Assembly (NCBI GenBank): GCA_964511345.1
Contig: CAZEEV010000001.1
Location: 72,089-136,088 of the forward strand
Reading direction: 5' to 3'
DNA from: an uncultured Pseudomonadales bacterium
GTDB taxonomy: Bacteria; Patescibacteriota; Microgenomatia; UBA1400; PJMF01
Length of the DNA stretch: 64,000 bases
Below the pieces are notes generated by a model. It did not search any database and was not told the origin of the DNA. It worked only from the letters and a program-made list of their open reading frames with translations. Positions within the stretch are counted from its first letter, which is position 1. Each line of letters begins with the position of its first letter. The position numbers were made by a program, and so were the translations under genes. Below, piece after piece: positions 47,297 to 58,147 of this stretch.

Positions 47297-48124
47297 TTAA
47301 AGATGTTTCTCTAACATAGTTTCCACTTGTTCGATAGGTAGAGCACCTGGAATAAGTTCAAAACCACCCTTTTTACTTATGATAATTGTTCCTGGAGTAC
47401 CAGATATGCCAGCTTTGGATCCGCCAGCGGCATCATCTTTAACAACTTGCTTCATTTCACCTTTATCTAAACAAGCTTTCACCTGACTGCGATTGGCTCC
47501 TGCTTCACTAGCCAAAGCCAAAATGGTTTCTTGATCAACTTTTTTGTTTTCTACGTTAGCGCCGTAAATAGAGCCATCGGCCATTTTTTCATAGACGCTA
47601 TCTGAAAATTTCCAGAAAGCTTCATTAGAACCATAGGTGGCAACGCATTCACTGGCTTCAGCCAAAGGTTGAGCATTGGGGTGAAAAGACAAGGGGAAGT
47701 GTCTGTATACCCAAGCAATATCATTTGGATATTTTTTCATCAACTCAACCATAGTGGGATGAAATTTATTACAGTATGGGCATTCGTAGTCTGAGTATTC
47801 AATCAAAACTACTTTAGCTTTTTCATTGCCACGAAAATGATCAGTTTTAGGATCAAAAGCTGATACGGCTTCTAGTTTTTTAGCAGCAGCAGCTTCAGCA
47901 GCGGCTTGATCATCGTTTTTCACCTGATTAGTGCCACTGGATTTTAAGATCTGATTTTCCTTCCAGAGAGAACCACCTAGAAAACCTAAAATGAAAGCAA
48001 TGACTAATAGAATGATTAAAGAAAAATTGCTATTCACAAAATCGCTAAATGCTTTGAAAGAAAATCTCTTCAAAGTGGACGCTGTATTCTTAGGAGCATC
48101 TTTTTTTAGAGTTTTTTTTGCCAT
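47297..48124 (-). CDS. DsbA-family thiol:disulfide oxidoreductase, membrane anchored
   Basis: CPYC active site in YSDYECPYCNKFH, N-terminal TM. Confidence 0.8.
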   Translation of the reverse strand: MAKKTLKKDAPKNTASTLKRFSFKAFSDFVNSNFSLIILLVIAFILGFLGGSLWKENQILKSSGTNQVKNDDQAAAEAAAAKKLEAVSAFDPKTDHFRGNEKAKVVLIEYSDYECPYCNKFHPTMVELMKKYPNDIAWVYRHFPLSFHPNAQPLAEASECVATYGSNEAFWKFSDSVYEKMADGSIYGANVENKKVDQETILALASEAGANRSQVKACLDKGEMKQVVKDDAAGGSKAGISGTPGTIIISKKGGFELIPGALPIEQVETMLEKHL

Positions 48125-48202
48125 AAGGCCTTTCTATAAATATTATAATAAAAGTAGATTACAATATGCCTTATTAGTAAACATTTTACAAGCAGAAATT
48201 AC

Positions 48203-48985
48203 ATGCAACAAAATCGGTTCTTGAGCATTTATGAAAAAAATCAGCTTTTAAAGTATGGTTTTAAGGAGCAGGATCTATTGACTCAAGGTGAATTACCGGT
48301 TGAATATTTAACTGGTTTGGTTGAATTCTGTGGTTTGACACTTAAAGTTAATCGTAAAGTGTTAATTCCAAGAGTTGAAAGTGAAGATCTAGTTGCATTG
48401 ATCAGCGATTTTTCTATTTCTTTGAAAAATAATCTTTCTTACTTAGAAGTGGGTACTGGTAGTGGCGCCATTAGTTTGGCTTTTTTTGCTTTTTTATTAA
48501 AACAGAAAAAGATTTCTCAAATCGATCAATTTCTAATTAGCGACATATCTCAAGATGCCTTGGCTTTGGCAAAAAGAAACTTTTATGATTTGTTTGATCA
48601 GCAGTTGATAAAGAAAATTAAACTTCTAGAAAGTAATTTGCTTGATGGTTTCGCAAGTAATAAATTTAATTTAATAGTGGCTAATCTGCCATATATTCCA
48701 TCAAGTTTAATTAAAAGTCTAGATGTAAGTGTGCGAGATTATGAACCATTATTGGCTCTAGATGGTGGGTCAACTGGTTTTGACTTGATTAATCAGTTTT
48801 TGGAGCAAGTTACTAGTCAAAATGTTTTAGCTAGCGAAGGTAAAATATTTTTGGAAGTTCACGAAACTCATGATTTTGAGTTTGTCAGAAAATATTTTCC
48901 AAATATCGAAAAAAACTTTTCAATTAAAGAAGTTGAGGATCAGTTTGGACGACATCGTTTTTTAATTCTTGCCAAAAAAGGTTAA
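48203..48985 (+). CDS. prmC: Release-factor glutamine N5-methyltransferase (PrmC/HemK family)
   Basis: SAM motif EVGTGSGAIS, NPPY-type motif as VANLPYIP. Confidence 0.75.
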   Translation: MQQNRFLSIYEKNQLLKYGFKEQDLLTQGELPVEYLTGLVEFCGLTLKVNRKVLIPRVESEDLVALISDFSISLKNNLSYLEVGTGSGAISLAFFAFLLKQKKISQIDQFLISDISQDALALAKRNFYDLFDQQLIKKIKLLESNLLDGFASNKFNLIVANLPYIPSSLIKSLDVSVRDYEPLLALDGGSTGFDLINQFLEQVTSQNVLASEGKIFLEVHETHDFEFVRKYFPNIEKNFSIKEVEDQFGRHRFLILAKKG

Positions 48986-48988
48986 ATC

Positions 48989-49237
48989 TTATTTCTTCTC
49001 GATTTGCACCACGATATCATTCATGTTTTTAGGAAGTTTGTCCAAAATTTGGTTAACTTTAGGACCAAGTAAGGGAACGAGAATTTTGGCTAAGAGTAAC
49101 AAAATAATAATATTAAAAAACCAAACTCCAGCGCTACGAGCAATGCCAGCTACAAAATTTTTTTTGACAATAGTCCAATTGCTGACATTGTAGAGCGTGT
49201 TTTGTTTTTTTAAGAATTCTTTAGCGATTTTAATCAT
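48989..49237 (-). CDS. Small single-TM membrane protein, hypothetical
   Basis: 82 aa, one TM (VWFFNIIILLLLAKILVPLL). Confidence 0.4.
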   Translation of the reverse strand: MIKIAKEFLKKQNTLYNVSNWTIVKKNFVAGIARSAGVWFFNIIILLLLAKILVPLLGPKVNQILDKLPKNMNDIVVQIEKK

Positions 49238-49285
49238 TGAATTATTTTAACTGTTATTTTTCTTTTTAGCTAGGTTTTTCGTTTA

Positions 49286-51583
49286 GTGTTATACTTACAT
49301 GCGTCTTTAACAAGGCTCATTTCAAAAGAGTTCGAAAATCAAAGAAAGGACAAAATGTCTTCTAAGAAGCAATTCAAATCCGGTATTTGGGAAAAAGAGA
49401 TCAATACTAGAGATTTTATCTTTAATAATTTTACCCCATATGATGGAGATAAATCTTTTCTTGTAGGACCAACAAGCGCGACTAAAAAACTTTGGGAGCA
49501 ATCAAGCGATTTGCTTAAACAAGAAATCAAAAATGGTGGTGTTTTAGATGTAGATACCAAGACCATTTCTTCAATCACTAGCCATAAACCAGGCTATCTA
49601 GACAAAAAATTAGAAAAAATTGTTGGTTTTCAGACAGATCAACCTTTAAAAAGAGCCATGAAACCTTATGGTGGTATCAGAGTTGTCGAAGCTGCTTGTG
49701 AAGAGAACGGCTATAAAGTTGATCCAGGTGTTTCAGAAATTTTTAATAAATATCGTAAATCTCATAATGATGGTGTTTTTGACGCTTATACCAAAACCAT
49801 GCGCCAATTACGTTCAACCGGAATTTTAACTGGTTTACCAGATAATTATGCTCGTGGTCGTATTATTGGTGATTATCGTCGTGTAGCTTTATATGGTATC
49901 GATCGCTTGATTGAGGCTAAGAGCGCAGATAAAGATGCTATTGATGGAGTAATGACTGATGATGTGATTAGATTGCGTGAAGAAGTCAGTGAACAAATCA
50001 AAGCTCTTAAAGAAATGAAAGAGATGGCAGCTAGTTATGGTTTTGATATTTCCAAACCAGCGAAAAATGCGAAGGAAGCGATTCAATGGACCTGGTTTGG
50101 CTTCTTGGCTGCTCTTAAGGAACAAGATGGTGCAGCCATGAGCTTAGGTAATGTCAGTACCTTTTTTGATGTTTACATCGAGAGAGATTTGGAGAATGGT
50201 AGTCTGACGGAAGTAGAGGCTCAAGAATTAATCGATCATTTCATCATGAAATGTCGTTTAATCCGCCATTTACGTATGGATGCCTATAATGAGCTTTTTG
50301 CTGGCGATCCAACCTGGATTACTGAAGCTGTTGGGGGCTTTTTTGCCAATGGTCAACATAAAATCACTAAAACTAGCTTCAGATTTTTACAAAGTTTATA
50401 CAACATTGGTCCAGCTCCAGAGCCAAATCTAACCATTTTATGGTCAGATAAATTGCCTGAAGGTTTCAAGAAATTTTGTGCTCAGGTTTCGATTGATACT
50501 TCTTCGCTCCAATATGAGAATGACAACTTAATGCGCGATGTCAGCAGTTGCGACGATTATTGTATTGCTTGTTGTGTTTCGATGATGGAAACCGGTAAAG
50601 AAATGCAATTCTTTGGGGCTCGTTGTAATTTAGCCAAAGCTTTATTGTTAGCTCTTAATGAAGGTCGCGATGAAAAAAGTAGTGAATTAATTGTGCCAGA
50701 TATTGCTAAAATGCCTGATGGACCAATTGATTATGAGGAGTTTAATAAGCGTTTTAAGAAAACTGTCGCTTATCTAGCTAAAGCTTACGTCAACACCATG
50801 GATGTGATTCATTACATGCACGATAAATATTATTACGAAAAAGCTCAGATGGCTTTGATGGATACTAAGGTCAAAAGAAACATGGCTTTTGGTGTCGCCG
50901 GTTTAAGTGTGGTGGCAGATTCTATTTCAGCCATTAAATTTGCCAAGGTAACTGCTGTTCGTGACGAAAGTGGCTTAACCAAGGAATTTAAAGTTGAAGG
51001 CGAATATCCAATGTATGGTAATGATAATGATAAGGTCGATTCGATTGCTCAGCAATTAGTTAAAGACTTTAATACTGAATTAGCTAAGCAACATATTTAT
51101 CGTGATGCAACGCCAACTTTATCAGTTTTAACTATCACTTCCAACGTGGTTTATGGCAAGAAAACTGGAGCTACTCCAGACGGTCGCAAGGCTGGAGAAC
51201 CTTTTGCTCCTGGTGCCAATCCCATGCACGGTCGTGATCATTCGGGAGCAATCGCTTCACTTAATTCAGTGGCTAAAATTGATTATAGATATGCCAGAGA
51301 TGGAGTCTCTAATACTTTCTCCATTGTGCCTAAAACTTTAGGTGAAAATAAAGAGGCGCAAGTCAAGAATTTATTAGCAATGTTGGATGGTTACTTTAAT
51401 AAAGGTGCTCATCATCTTAATGTGAATGTGCTCAATCGTGAGACTTTGGAAGATGCCATGGCTCATCCAGAGAAATATCCACAATTAACCATTCGCGTTT
51501 CTGGTTACGCAGTCAACTTTATTAGATTAAGTAAAGCTCATCAGCTGGAGGTGATCGCTAGAACATTCCATGCCAGCATGTAA
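49286..51583 (+). CDS. pflB: Formate C-acetyltransferase (pyruvate formate-lyase); probable true start at 49355 (MSSKKQ) with AAGGA SD
   Basis: Active-site CC in ACCVSMM, glycine-radical motif [11 protein letters not shown]. Confidence 0.9.
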   Translation: MLYLHASLTRLISKEFENQRKDKMSSKKQFKSGIWEKEINTRDFIFNNFTPYDGDKSFLVGPTSATKKLWEQSSDLLKQEIKNGGVLDVDTKTISSITSHKPGYLDKKLEKIVGFQTDQPLKRAMKPYGGIRVVEAACEENGYKVDPGVSEIFNKYRKSHNDGVFDAYTKTMRQLRSTGILTGLPDNYARGRIIGDYRRVALYGIDRLIEAKSADKDAIDGVMTDDVIRLREEVSEQIKALKEMKEMAASYGFDISKPAKNAKEAIQWTWFGFLAALKEQDGAAMSLGNVSTFFDVYIERDLENGSLTEVEAQELIDHFIMKCRLIRHLRMDAYNELFAGDPTWITEAVGGFFANGQHKITKTSFRFLQSLYNIGPAPEPNLTILWSDKLPEGFKKFCAQVSIDTSSLQYENDNLMRDVSSCDDYCIACCVSMMETGKEMQFFGARCNLAKALLLALNEGRDEKSSELIVPDIAKMPDGPIDYEEFNKRFKKTVAYLAKAYVNTMDVIHYMHDKYYYEKAQMALMDTKVKRNMAFGVAGLSVVADSISAIKFAKVTAVRDESGLTKEFKVEGEYPMYGNDNDKVDSIAQQLVKDFNTELAKQHIYRDATPTLSVLTITSNVVYGKKTGATPDGRKAGEPFAPGANPMHGRDHSGAIASLNSVAKIDYRYARDGVSNTFSIVPKTLGENKEAQVKNLLAMLDGYFNKGAHHLNVNVLNRETLEDAMAHPEKYPQLTIRVSGYAVNFIRLSKAHQLEVIARTFHASM

Positions 51584-52316
51584 ATTAAAAGTTCATTCAA
51601 TTGATACTTTTGGGACCCATGATGGTCCAGGTATTCGTTTGGTGATTTTTACTCAAGGTTGTCTTTTCAGATGTGCTTATTGTCATAACCCAGATACTCA
51701 AGATTTGGAAACAGGCAAAATGAGAATAATTGAAACGTCTGAAATACTTGAGCTTTTAGAAAAAGAAAAAACTTACTTTGGTAAAACTGGTGGCTTAACT
51801 GTTTCTGGTGGTGAACCAACTTTGCAAGCTTCAGTCCTAATCGAGCTTTTTCAAGAATGTAAAAAACGTGGTTTTAATACCTGCCTAGATACTTGTGGTG
51901 CTGTTTTTAATCAAACAGTTAATCAACTTTATGATTTAACAGATGTGGTGATGCTTGATGTTAAGCATATTGATCCAGTTTGGCATGAAAAGCTAACTAA
52001 ATTTAGTAATAATAACGTTCTGAAAAATGCTCTTTACCGCGAACAAAGTGGTAAAGAAATGTGGCTGCGTTATGTTTTGGTGCCTGGCTGGACAGATCAG
52101 GAAGAATATTTAGAAGCTTGGGCTAAATATTTTGCTGATTACAAATCAGTAACAAGAGTGGAAATTATTCCCTATCACAAATTAGGGGTTTTTAAATATG
52201 AGGCTTTGGGTCGCAAATATGAGCTCGATGGCGTAGAACCACCGAATAAAACTGAGACTGCCAAAGCAGAACAAATTTTTGTAAAGTATCTAGGTAAGAA
52301 AGTTGTAGTGGTTTAG
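51570..52316 (+). CDS. pflA: Pyruvate formate-lyase activating enzyme (radical SAM)
   Basis: [10 protein letters not shown] (CxxxCxxC), DGPGIR, SGGEP. Confidence 0.85.
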   Translation: MPACKLKVHSIDTFGTHDGPGIRLVIFTQGCLFRCAYCHNPDTQDLETGKMRIIETSEILELLEKEKTYFGKTGGLTVSGGEPTLQASVLIELFQECKKRGFNTCLDTCGAVFNQTVNQLYDLTDVVMLDVKHIDPVWHEKLTKFSNNNVLKNALYREQSGKEMWLRYVLVPGWTDQEEYLEAWAKYFADYKSVTRVEIIPYHKLGVFKYEALGRKYELDGVEPPNKTETAKAEQIFVKYLGKKVVVV

Positions 52317-52343
52317 GTCATTTCAACACATAGAAAGAAAATT

Positions 52344-54434
52344 ATGAATTTTGATGCTATTTTTTATCCCAAAGCCATTGCCATTATTGGTGCTTCTAGT
52401 CGAGAAAAAACAGTGGGTAATGATGTAGTTAAAAATTTAGTGAGGCAGGGTTACACTGGCCAAATTTATCCAGTTAATCCAAAAATAGAGGAACTTTACG
52501 GTTTAAGGGTTTATCCTTCAATTGAAGAAATTGATAATGATGAAATCGAATTATTGGTGCTAGCTATTCCAGCTAAATTTGTAGCAGAGGAGATTAAGAA
52601 AGCCTCTAAAAAAGGTGCCAAAGCAGCGATTGTTATCTCAGCTGGTTTCAAAGAGGCTGGTAATTTAGACTTGGAAAAAGAATTAGCCCAAACTTGTAGA
52701 GATTTGGATATTACTCTGGTGGGCCCAAACTGCCTGGGAACTATTAATGCTGAGATTCAAATGAATGCCTCTTTTGCTAGTGTGATGCCGCCAGTTGGGG
52801 ATGTGGCCTTCATGTCACAAAGTGGCGCACTTTGCACTGCAGTTTTAGATTACGCCAAAGATTTGGGAATTGGTTTTTCCAAATTTATTAGTATTGGTAA
52901 TAAAGCTGCTTTAAATGAATTAGATCTCATCAAATATTTACATGCTGATAAAAAAACTAAAGTGATTTGTATGTATGCAGAATCACTAGAAAATGCGCCG
53001 GAAATTATAGAGGTTTTGCGCAAGTTAAATCGAGGCAAAAACCCCAAGCCAATTATTGTTCTTAAATCAGGAAAAACTGCTGCTGGAGCTGGAGCAATTG
53101 CTTCTCACACAGGATCACTCAGTAGTGGTGATAGTGCTTATCAGGCTTTATTTGCTCAAGCTGGCATGATTCGTGCCAATAGCGTTAGCGAACTTTTTGA
53201 TTTAGCGCAAATTTTTTCAATGAATGATTTACAAAAAGTGAATCATATAACTATTGTAACTAATGCTGGGGGTCCAGGAGTTTTGACTACCGATGCAGTG
53301 ATAGAGAATAATTTAGAAATGGCAGTGCTTGCACCAGAAACTGTTCAAGAATTGCGAAGCTTTTTACCTGCCGCTGCTAGTACGCATAATCCAGTTGATG
53401 TTTTGGGTGATGCGGTTGGTGAAGTCTATAAAAAAACACTTGAAGTTTTAGCTAAAGATAAGAACACCGATGCTATTATCGTGCTTTTAACGCCTCAATC
53501 AATGACAGAGCCAGTAGAAACTGCTCAAGCGATTGTAGCTATGCGCCACCTTAGCCAAAAACCAATAGTCGTTAGTTTGATGGGTAAAAAGCTGGTAGCT
53601 GAAGGCGTTAATATTTTGCGTGAGCAAAAAATTGCTGCCACTGCTTTTCCGGAACCAGCAGCTATGGCTATGGGTAAATTTGCTAAATTTGCTAATTGGA
53701 GCAAAAAACAAAACGAAACAATTTTAAGTTTTAATGACGTTGACAAAAATAAGGTAGCTGAAATTTTTGCTCAAGCCAAAGCTAAGAAACAGACTTCTTT
53801 TCCAGAGGCAGAAGCGATGGAAATTATGAGAGCATATAATTTTCCTTTAATGAAATCTGCGGTGGTTAAAAGCTCGCAAGAGGCCTTAAAAGTGATGCGG
53901 GAATTTAAGTGTGAAGTGGCTATGAAAATTGTTTCACCAGATATTTTACATAAAAGTGATGTCGGTGGGGTCAGCTTAAATGTGACCGTTGATACCGTAG
54001 TTGATGAATATGAGGCGATGATGAAAAGAGTGGAACAAAATAAGCCCAACGCAAAGTTAGAAGGCGTTTTATTATTGCAAATGGCTAAAAAAGGCACAGA
54101 ACTAATTTTAGGCATCAATAAAAACTCTTTAGGCACCATGTTAATGTTTGGTTTGGGTGGAATCTATGTAGAAGTTTTTAAAGATGTGAATTTTGCTTTT
54201 GCTCCGCTAACCAGAGAAGATGCTTTAAGCATGATCAATGGCCTTCGTTCTAGTAAGTTATTAGAGGGCGTGAGAGGCGAAAAACCAGTCGATAAAGAAA
54301 TTCTCATTGAAACGATTGGTCGTTTAGCGCAGTTAGTCAACGATTTTCCAGAAATTGTTGAGCTTGATATTAATCCTCTTTTAGCAAATGCAGATGGGGT
54401 GAAAGTGCTGGACACAAGAGTTGTTATAGAGTAA
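52344..54434 (+). CDS. ADP-forming acetyl-CoA synthetase (NDP-forming acyl-CoA synthetase, fused alpha-beta)
   Basis: CoA-binding N-terminus AIAIIGASSREKTVGNDVVKNL, succinyl-CoA-synthetase-like ligase domains, ATP-grasp C-terminal half. Confidence 0.8.
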   Translation: MNFDAIFYPKAIAIIGASSREKTVGNDVVKNLVRQGYTGQIYPVNPKIEELYGLRVYPSIEEIDNDEIELLVLAIPAKFVAEEIKKASKKGAKAAIVISAGFKEAGNLDLEKELAQTCRDLDITLVGPNCLGTINAEIQMNASFASVMPPVGDVAFMSQSGALCTAVLDYAKDLGIGFSKFISIGNKAALNELDLIKYLHADKKTKVICMYAESLENAPEIIEVLRKLNRGKNPKPIIVLKSGKTAAGAGAIASHTGSLSSGDSAYQALFAQAGMIRANSVSELFDLAQIFSMNDLQKVNHITIVTNAGGPGVLTTDAVIENNLEMAVLAPETVQELRSFLPAAASTHNPVDVLGDAVGEVYKKTLEVLAKDKNTDAIIVLLTPQSMTEPVETAQAIVAMRHLSQKPIVVSLMGKKLVAEGVNILREQKIAATAFPEPAAMAMGKFAKFANWSKKQNETILSFNDVDKNKVAEIFAQAKAKKQTSFPEAEAMEIMRAYNFPLMKSAVVKSSQEALKVMREFKCEVAMKIVSPDILHKSDVGGVSLNVTVDTVVDEYEAMMKRVEQNKPNAKLEGVLLLQMAKKGTELILGINKNSLGTMLMFGLGGIYVEVFKDVNFAFAPLTREDALSMINGLRSSKLLEGVRGEKPVDKEILIETIGRLAQLVNDFPEIVELDINPLLANADGVKVLDTRVVIE

Positions 54435-54454
54435 ATGATATAATTGCTTGCCTT

Positions 54455-55594
54455 ATGAAGTCAGCTATATACGCTTTTTCTGGTGACCCAATTACTTTTG
54501 GTCATCTTGATATTATCAAACGTGCTGCGGCTGTTTTTGATCGTGTGGTGGTAGCAATTGGGATAAATCCAGCCAAAAAATATCTTTTCTCTCAAGAAGA
54601 GAGAACAGAGATGGCTAAAAGATCTCTCTTTGACTTGAAAAATGTTGAAGTTAAATCTTTCAGTGGCATGTTGGTTGACTTTGCTTATGAAAACAATATT
54701 GATGTCATTGTTAAAGGTGTGCGCAGTAATCATGATTTTGAATATGAAATGAGTCTACATAATTTAGGAGAAAGTCAAAAACTTGGCATTGATACTTTTA
54801 TTTTGTTTGCTAGACCAAGCTTGGCTCATATTAGCTCTGGAGCTGTCAAAGAGATTCAAGAAGGTCAGGGTTTAATTCAAGACTATGTACCAGCTTATGT
54901 GAAGCAGTGTGTAGAGGCTAAATTAAGTGGCCAATATATTGTTGGTTTGACGGGCGAAATTGGTTCAGGCAAATCTTATGTTGGACAAAAACTAGTTGAG
55001 TTGGCTAGAAATCTAAATTTAGATGCTCACAACATTGAGCTTGACCATTTGTCTTGGCAAATTCAATCTGATTTAAAAGAAGAAAAATACGAAATAGTCA
55101 GAAAACAAATTATTGATACTTTTGGAGCAGAAGTAGCCAATTTAGATGGCAGTATCAATCGTAAAATTTTGGGAGAAATTGTTTTTGCTGATCAAAAAAA
55201 ACTAGAGCGACTCAATGAAATTATGGAAACTCCAATTTTAGTGCGTTTGCGTAGAGAATTAAAAAACAAAAAAGGATTAATTTTTTTAAATGCCGCTTTG
55301 TTAGCTGAGGCAAAAATGAGTCAGCTATCTAATTACAATACCATTCTTTTATCAGTTGGAGAAAAAAGCCAAAACCAAAGATTATCTGACAGAGATTTGA
55401 GCCAAGAACAAATTAAAAGAAGATTGATGAGTCAATATGATTTTGCTAGTAAGAAAAAATCTTTAGAAGCAGAAATCAAGCAGCATCAACAGGGAAAATT
55501 ATGGGTTCTAGATAATAACGACGTTCCCGACTTGGAAATTAAGAAATTATTACGAGACCTTTTGTCTTATTTTAGCTTGGATCAGCAAGCCTAA
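54455..55594 (+). CDS. Bifunctional phosphopantetheine adenylyltransferase / dephospho-CoA kinase fusion (CoaD-CoaE)
   Basis: N-terminus AIYAFSGDPITFGHLDII (PPAT). From about residue 160, VGLTGEIGSGKSYVG (P-loop of CoaE). Confidence 0.8.
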   Translation: MKSAIYAFSGDPITFGHLDIIKRAAAVFDRVVVAIGINPAKKYLFSQEERTEMAKRSLFDLKNVEVKSFSGMLVDFAYENNIDVIVKGVRSNHDFEYEMSLHNLGESQKLGIDTFILFARPSLAHISSGAVKEIQEGQGLIQDYVPAYVKQCVEAKLSGQYIVGLTGEIGSGKSYVGQKLVELARNLNLDAHNIELDHLSWQIQSDLKEEKYEIVRKQIIDTFGAEVANLDGSINRKILGEIVFADQKKLERLNEIMETPILVRLRRELKNKKGLIFLNAALLAEAKMSQLSNYNTILLSVGEKSQNQRLSDRDLSQEQIKRRLMSQYDFASKKKSLEAEIKQHQQGKLWVLDNNDVPDLEIKKLLRDLLSYFSLDQQA

Positions 55595-56155
55595 TTTGAA
55601 TTTAATCAGTGAGTAAAGAATCACGCAAATAAGAAAGATATAGACAGGAAATCCCCAGTGGGCAAAAGTCCAATCTTTAATAGCTAATAAAGTTATCCCA
55701 GCATTGATCATACCAAATAAGAAAATTAAGCTGCTTTCGGTTTCTGGTTGACGATACGATTTGATGACAGTTGGAATTGAAGCAAGTCCATCCGCTAAAA
55801 TCGAAAACAAAATCGCTAAATTACCCTCACCGGTAATTTGCCAAATGATAATGGCGAACAAAGAAATGGAGCCGTAAACATAATCCATTTTTTCTAGTTT
55901 CCAATAAGATTTTTTATTTAGAAAAGAAGCAATGACAATTAAAAGTGGATTAAAACCTGTCATAAAAGTCATCAATGAAGTTAAGCCCACTCCTTTATCT
56001 AACTCTGCAGCAAAGGCAATCATTGGTGCTAAAGCCCATAAAAACCAACTTACTCTATTAGGTTTGGTTTTGCCCTTGATAGTGTTAATAAGGTAATTAA
56101 GACCTCCACTAAAAGAAAGTAGGGCTCCTAAAATAATAAATCTTTCATCAATCAT
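55550..56155 (-). CDS. Polytopic membrane protein, hypothetical
   Basis: 6 TM helices, no motifs recognised. Confidence 0.45.
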   Translation of the reverse strand: MIDERFIILGALLSFSGGLNYLINTIKGKTKPNRVSWFLWALAPMIAFAAELDKGVGLTSLMTFMTGFNPLLIVIASFLNKKSYWKLEKMDYVYGSISLFAIIIWQITGEGNLAILFSILADGLASIPTVIKSYRQPETESSLIFLFGMINAGITLLAIKDWTFAHWGFPVYIFLICVILYSLIKFKLGLLIQAKIRQKVS

Positions 56156-56170
56156 GTGAACATTCTAGCA

Positions 56171-56935
56171 CTAAGCTATTTCTATCGAAATAGGGCAGTG
56201 ATCAGAACCTTGGATTTGACTGTGAATTTTTGCTGATTTTAATTTTTCTTTAAGATTTGAACTAATGAAAAAATAATCAATTCTCCAACCCACATTTCTT
56301 TGTCTAGCTCCAGAACGTTGACTCCACCAGGTATATTGATCTTTCTGAGTTGGATGAAGAGCGCGAAAACTATCGATAAAACCCAATTCCAATAATTTAT
56401 CAATCCACATTCTTTCTTCTTTTAAAAAACCTGAAATTAGTTCATTGTCTTTTGGTCTGGCAAGATCAACTTCTTGATGTGCTGTATTAACATCGCCACA
56501 AATAATAATATTTTTTTCTGTTTTTAATAATTTTTTAAGAAACTCAAGTAAAAAATTATAATAAGCCATTTTATAAGCCAATCTTTCTGAAGAAGCCTTG
56601 CCATTAGGAAAATAAATATTAAAAAGAGTAAAGTCTTTGTATTTAGTAATCAAAGTTCTACCTTCACGATCGAATTTATTTTCTTTAAGACCAACTTGTA
56701 TGTTTTCAGGTTCTTTTTTAGTGTAAGTAACTACACCACTATATCCTTTTTTTTCTGCCCAAGCGAAATAACTATGATAGGAATCAATATTAGTTAGATC
56801 AAAAGTAAGCTGATCTGGGGAAGCTTTGGTTTCTTGTAAACAAACAATGTCAGCATCGCTATTTTTCATCCAAGTAAGAAAACCCTTTTTTAAAGCAGCG
56901 CGGATACCATTTACATTCCAAGAATAAATCTTCAT
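56171..56935 (-). CDS. xth: Exodeoxyribonuclease III (AP endonuclease, Xth family)
   Basis: MKIYSWNVNGIRAA, DIVCLQETK, C-terminal SDHCPISIE. Confidence 0.9.
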   Translation of the reverse strand: MKIYSWNVNGIRAALKKGFLTWMKNSDADIVCLQETKASPDQLTFDLTNIDSYHSYFAWAEKKGYSGVVTYTKKEPENIQVGLKENKFDREGRTLITKYKDFTLFNIYFPNGKASSERLAYKMAYYNFLLEFLKKLLKTEKNIIICGDVNTAHQEVDLARPKDNELISGFLKEERMWIDKLLELGFIDSFRALHPTQKDQYTWWSQRSGARQRNVGWRIDYFFISSNLKEKLKSAKIHSQIQGSDHCPISIEIA

Positions 56936-56940
56936 ATAAT

Positions 56941-57864
56941 ATGGATTATAGCGTATATTTAAGACGTTGTTTTATGAACGAAATTGATCGCTTAATTTAT
57001 TTAACCATTGCTTATAGCAGTTGTTTTTCATTTGCTTTAAATAAAAGTGAGATTCTCAGGCGTTTACCTCTTTCTTCCAACCTTAAATATTTATTTGATG
57101 GAGAGAGCAAGTCTCCAGAAAAAATATTAATTTCAGAGCAGAAAATAAATAATTCTTTAAAAAAATTGCTAGAGCTGTCATTAATTAAAACTGATGGTGA
57201 ATATTTTTATTTACAAAAAAAAGACTTGCAAAATAGAAAACAAAGAACAGCTTTTTACGATTTGAAAAATGAAGAGGCAATGACTTTTGTAAAAATAGCT
57301 AAGAATATTCCTTTTGTTAAAGCAGTAGCTTTAACTGGATCAGCGGCTGTTGGTAATGCTGTCAAAGAAGATGATTTAGATTTCATGATTATTTGCCAAA
57401 GTAACACACTTTGGTTAACACGTTTTTTATTAATTCTTTTAATTAAATTAAAAAACAAAAGACCAAAAGTTAATAAGCCAGGAGCATGGTGCGTAAATTT
57501 ATTATTAGATGAGCATGATTTAATTTTAGATAATGAGCGAAGAGGATTATATGAAGCTTATGAAATTCTACAGATGAAATTTGTTTTTGATCGTGGTGGA
57601 TATGAAAAACTTTTTTTAAATGCTAACAATTGGCTTAGAAAATACTTAGCTTTTTATGGTAATTATAAATTTGGCGAATATAAGGAAAACAAGTCTTTTT
57701 CATTGATCAATCAACTATTCTTTTTTGTACAAAGAATTTATCGTTTAGCTATTTTTGGCAAAGAAAGTTTTTCATTGAGTCCAACTCAGGCTTTTTTTAA
57801 TGACATTGATTTTAAAAATAAGCTGCAAGCCAGTTTGGAAAAGAAAATAATTATCAAGGAGTAA
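56941..57864 (+). CDS. Nucleotidyltransferase-fold hypothetical protein
   Basis: Pol-beta-like NTase motif GSAAVGNAVKEDDLDFMII (GS-x10-DxD). Confidence 0.5.
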   Translation: MDYSVYLRRCFMNEIDRLIYLTIAYSSCFSFALNKSEILRRLPLSSNLKYLFDGESKSPEKILISEQKINNSLKKLLELSLIKTDGEYFYLQKKDLQNRKQRTAFYDLKNEEAMTFVKIAKNIPFVKAVALTGSAAVGNAVKEDDLDFMIICQSNTLWLTRFLLILLIKLKNKRPKVNKPGAWCVNLLLDEHDLILDNERRGLYEAYEILQMKFVFDRGGYEKLFLNANNWLRKYLAFYGNYKFGEYKENKSFSLINQLFFFVQRIYRLAIFGKESFSLSPTQAFFNDIDFKNKLQASLEKKIIIKE

Positions 57865-58062
57865 TTAGTAATGAATTGTAAGAATTGCCACTTGCAATGA
57901 TTTTTCATTTTTGTTAGTTTGATTGTTGCTGTGGAATGTAGTGAAAATCTACGACTGTGCCGCAACGGTGATTCTCATTAAGAGATTAGTCCGATCTTCA
58001 GCAAAAAAGAAATCTTGACGAGCATCGAAGTAAATTGAAAAGTGATATTTTTTAGAATCGAT

Positions 58063-58086
58063 GCTCCCCTAGAGGGAGCTTTTTTG
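58063..58086 (+). terminator. Rho-independent terminator / attenuator terminator hairpin
   Basis: GCTCCC-ctaga-GGGAGC followed by TTTTTTG. Its 5' arm is shared with an alternative 9-bp pairing (58020-58028 with 58058-58066). Confidence 0.55.
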
Positions 58087-58147
58087 TTCAAAGACCATTC
58101 CGCAACGATTTAGTAATTATAAAAATCCTCATAGAGTCTATTTCTCT

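Noticed and set aside
48989-49237. Small membrane protein as a truncated MscL mechanosensitive channel
   Set aside because: Only the N-terminal IKEF-like residues resemble MscL. The protein has one TM and lacks the second helix and C-terminal bundle, so it is left as hypothetical.
57865-58147. Possible small RNA gene (SRP RNA, tmRNA, RNase P RNA) ending at the 58063..58086 terminator
   Set aside because: None of the hallmark motifs are present: no SRP domain IV GGAA/AGCAG, no tmRNA tag-peptide ORF or tRNA-like ends, no RNase P P4 sequence. Interpreted instead as a cis-acting leader.
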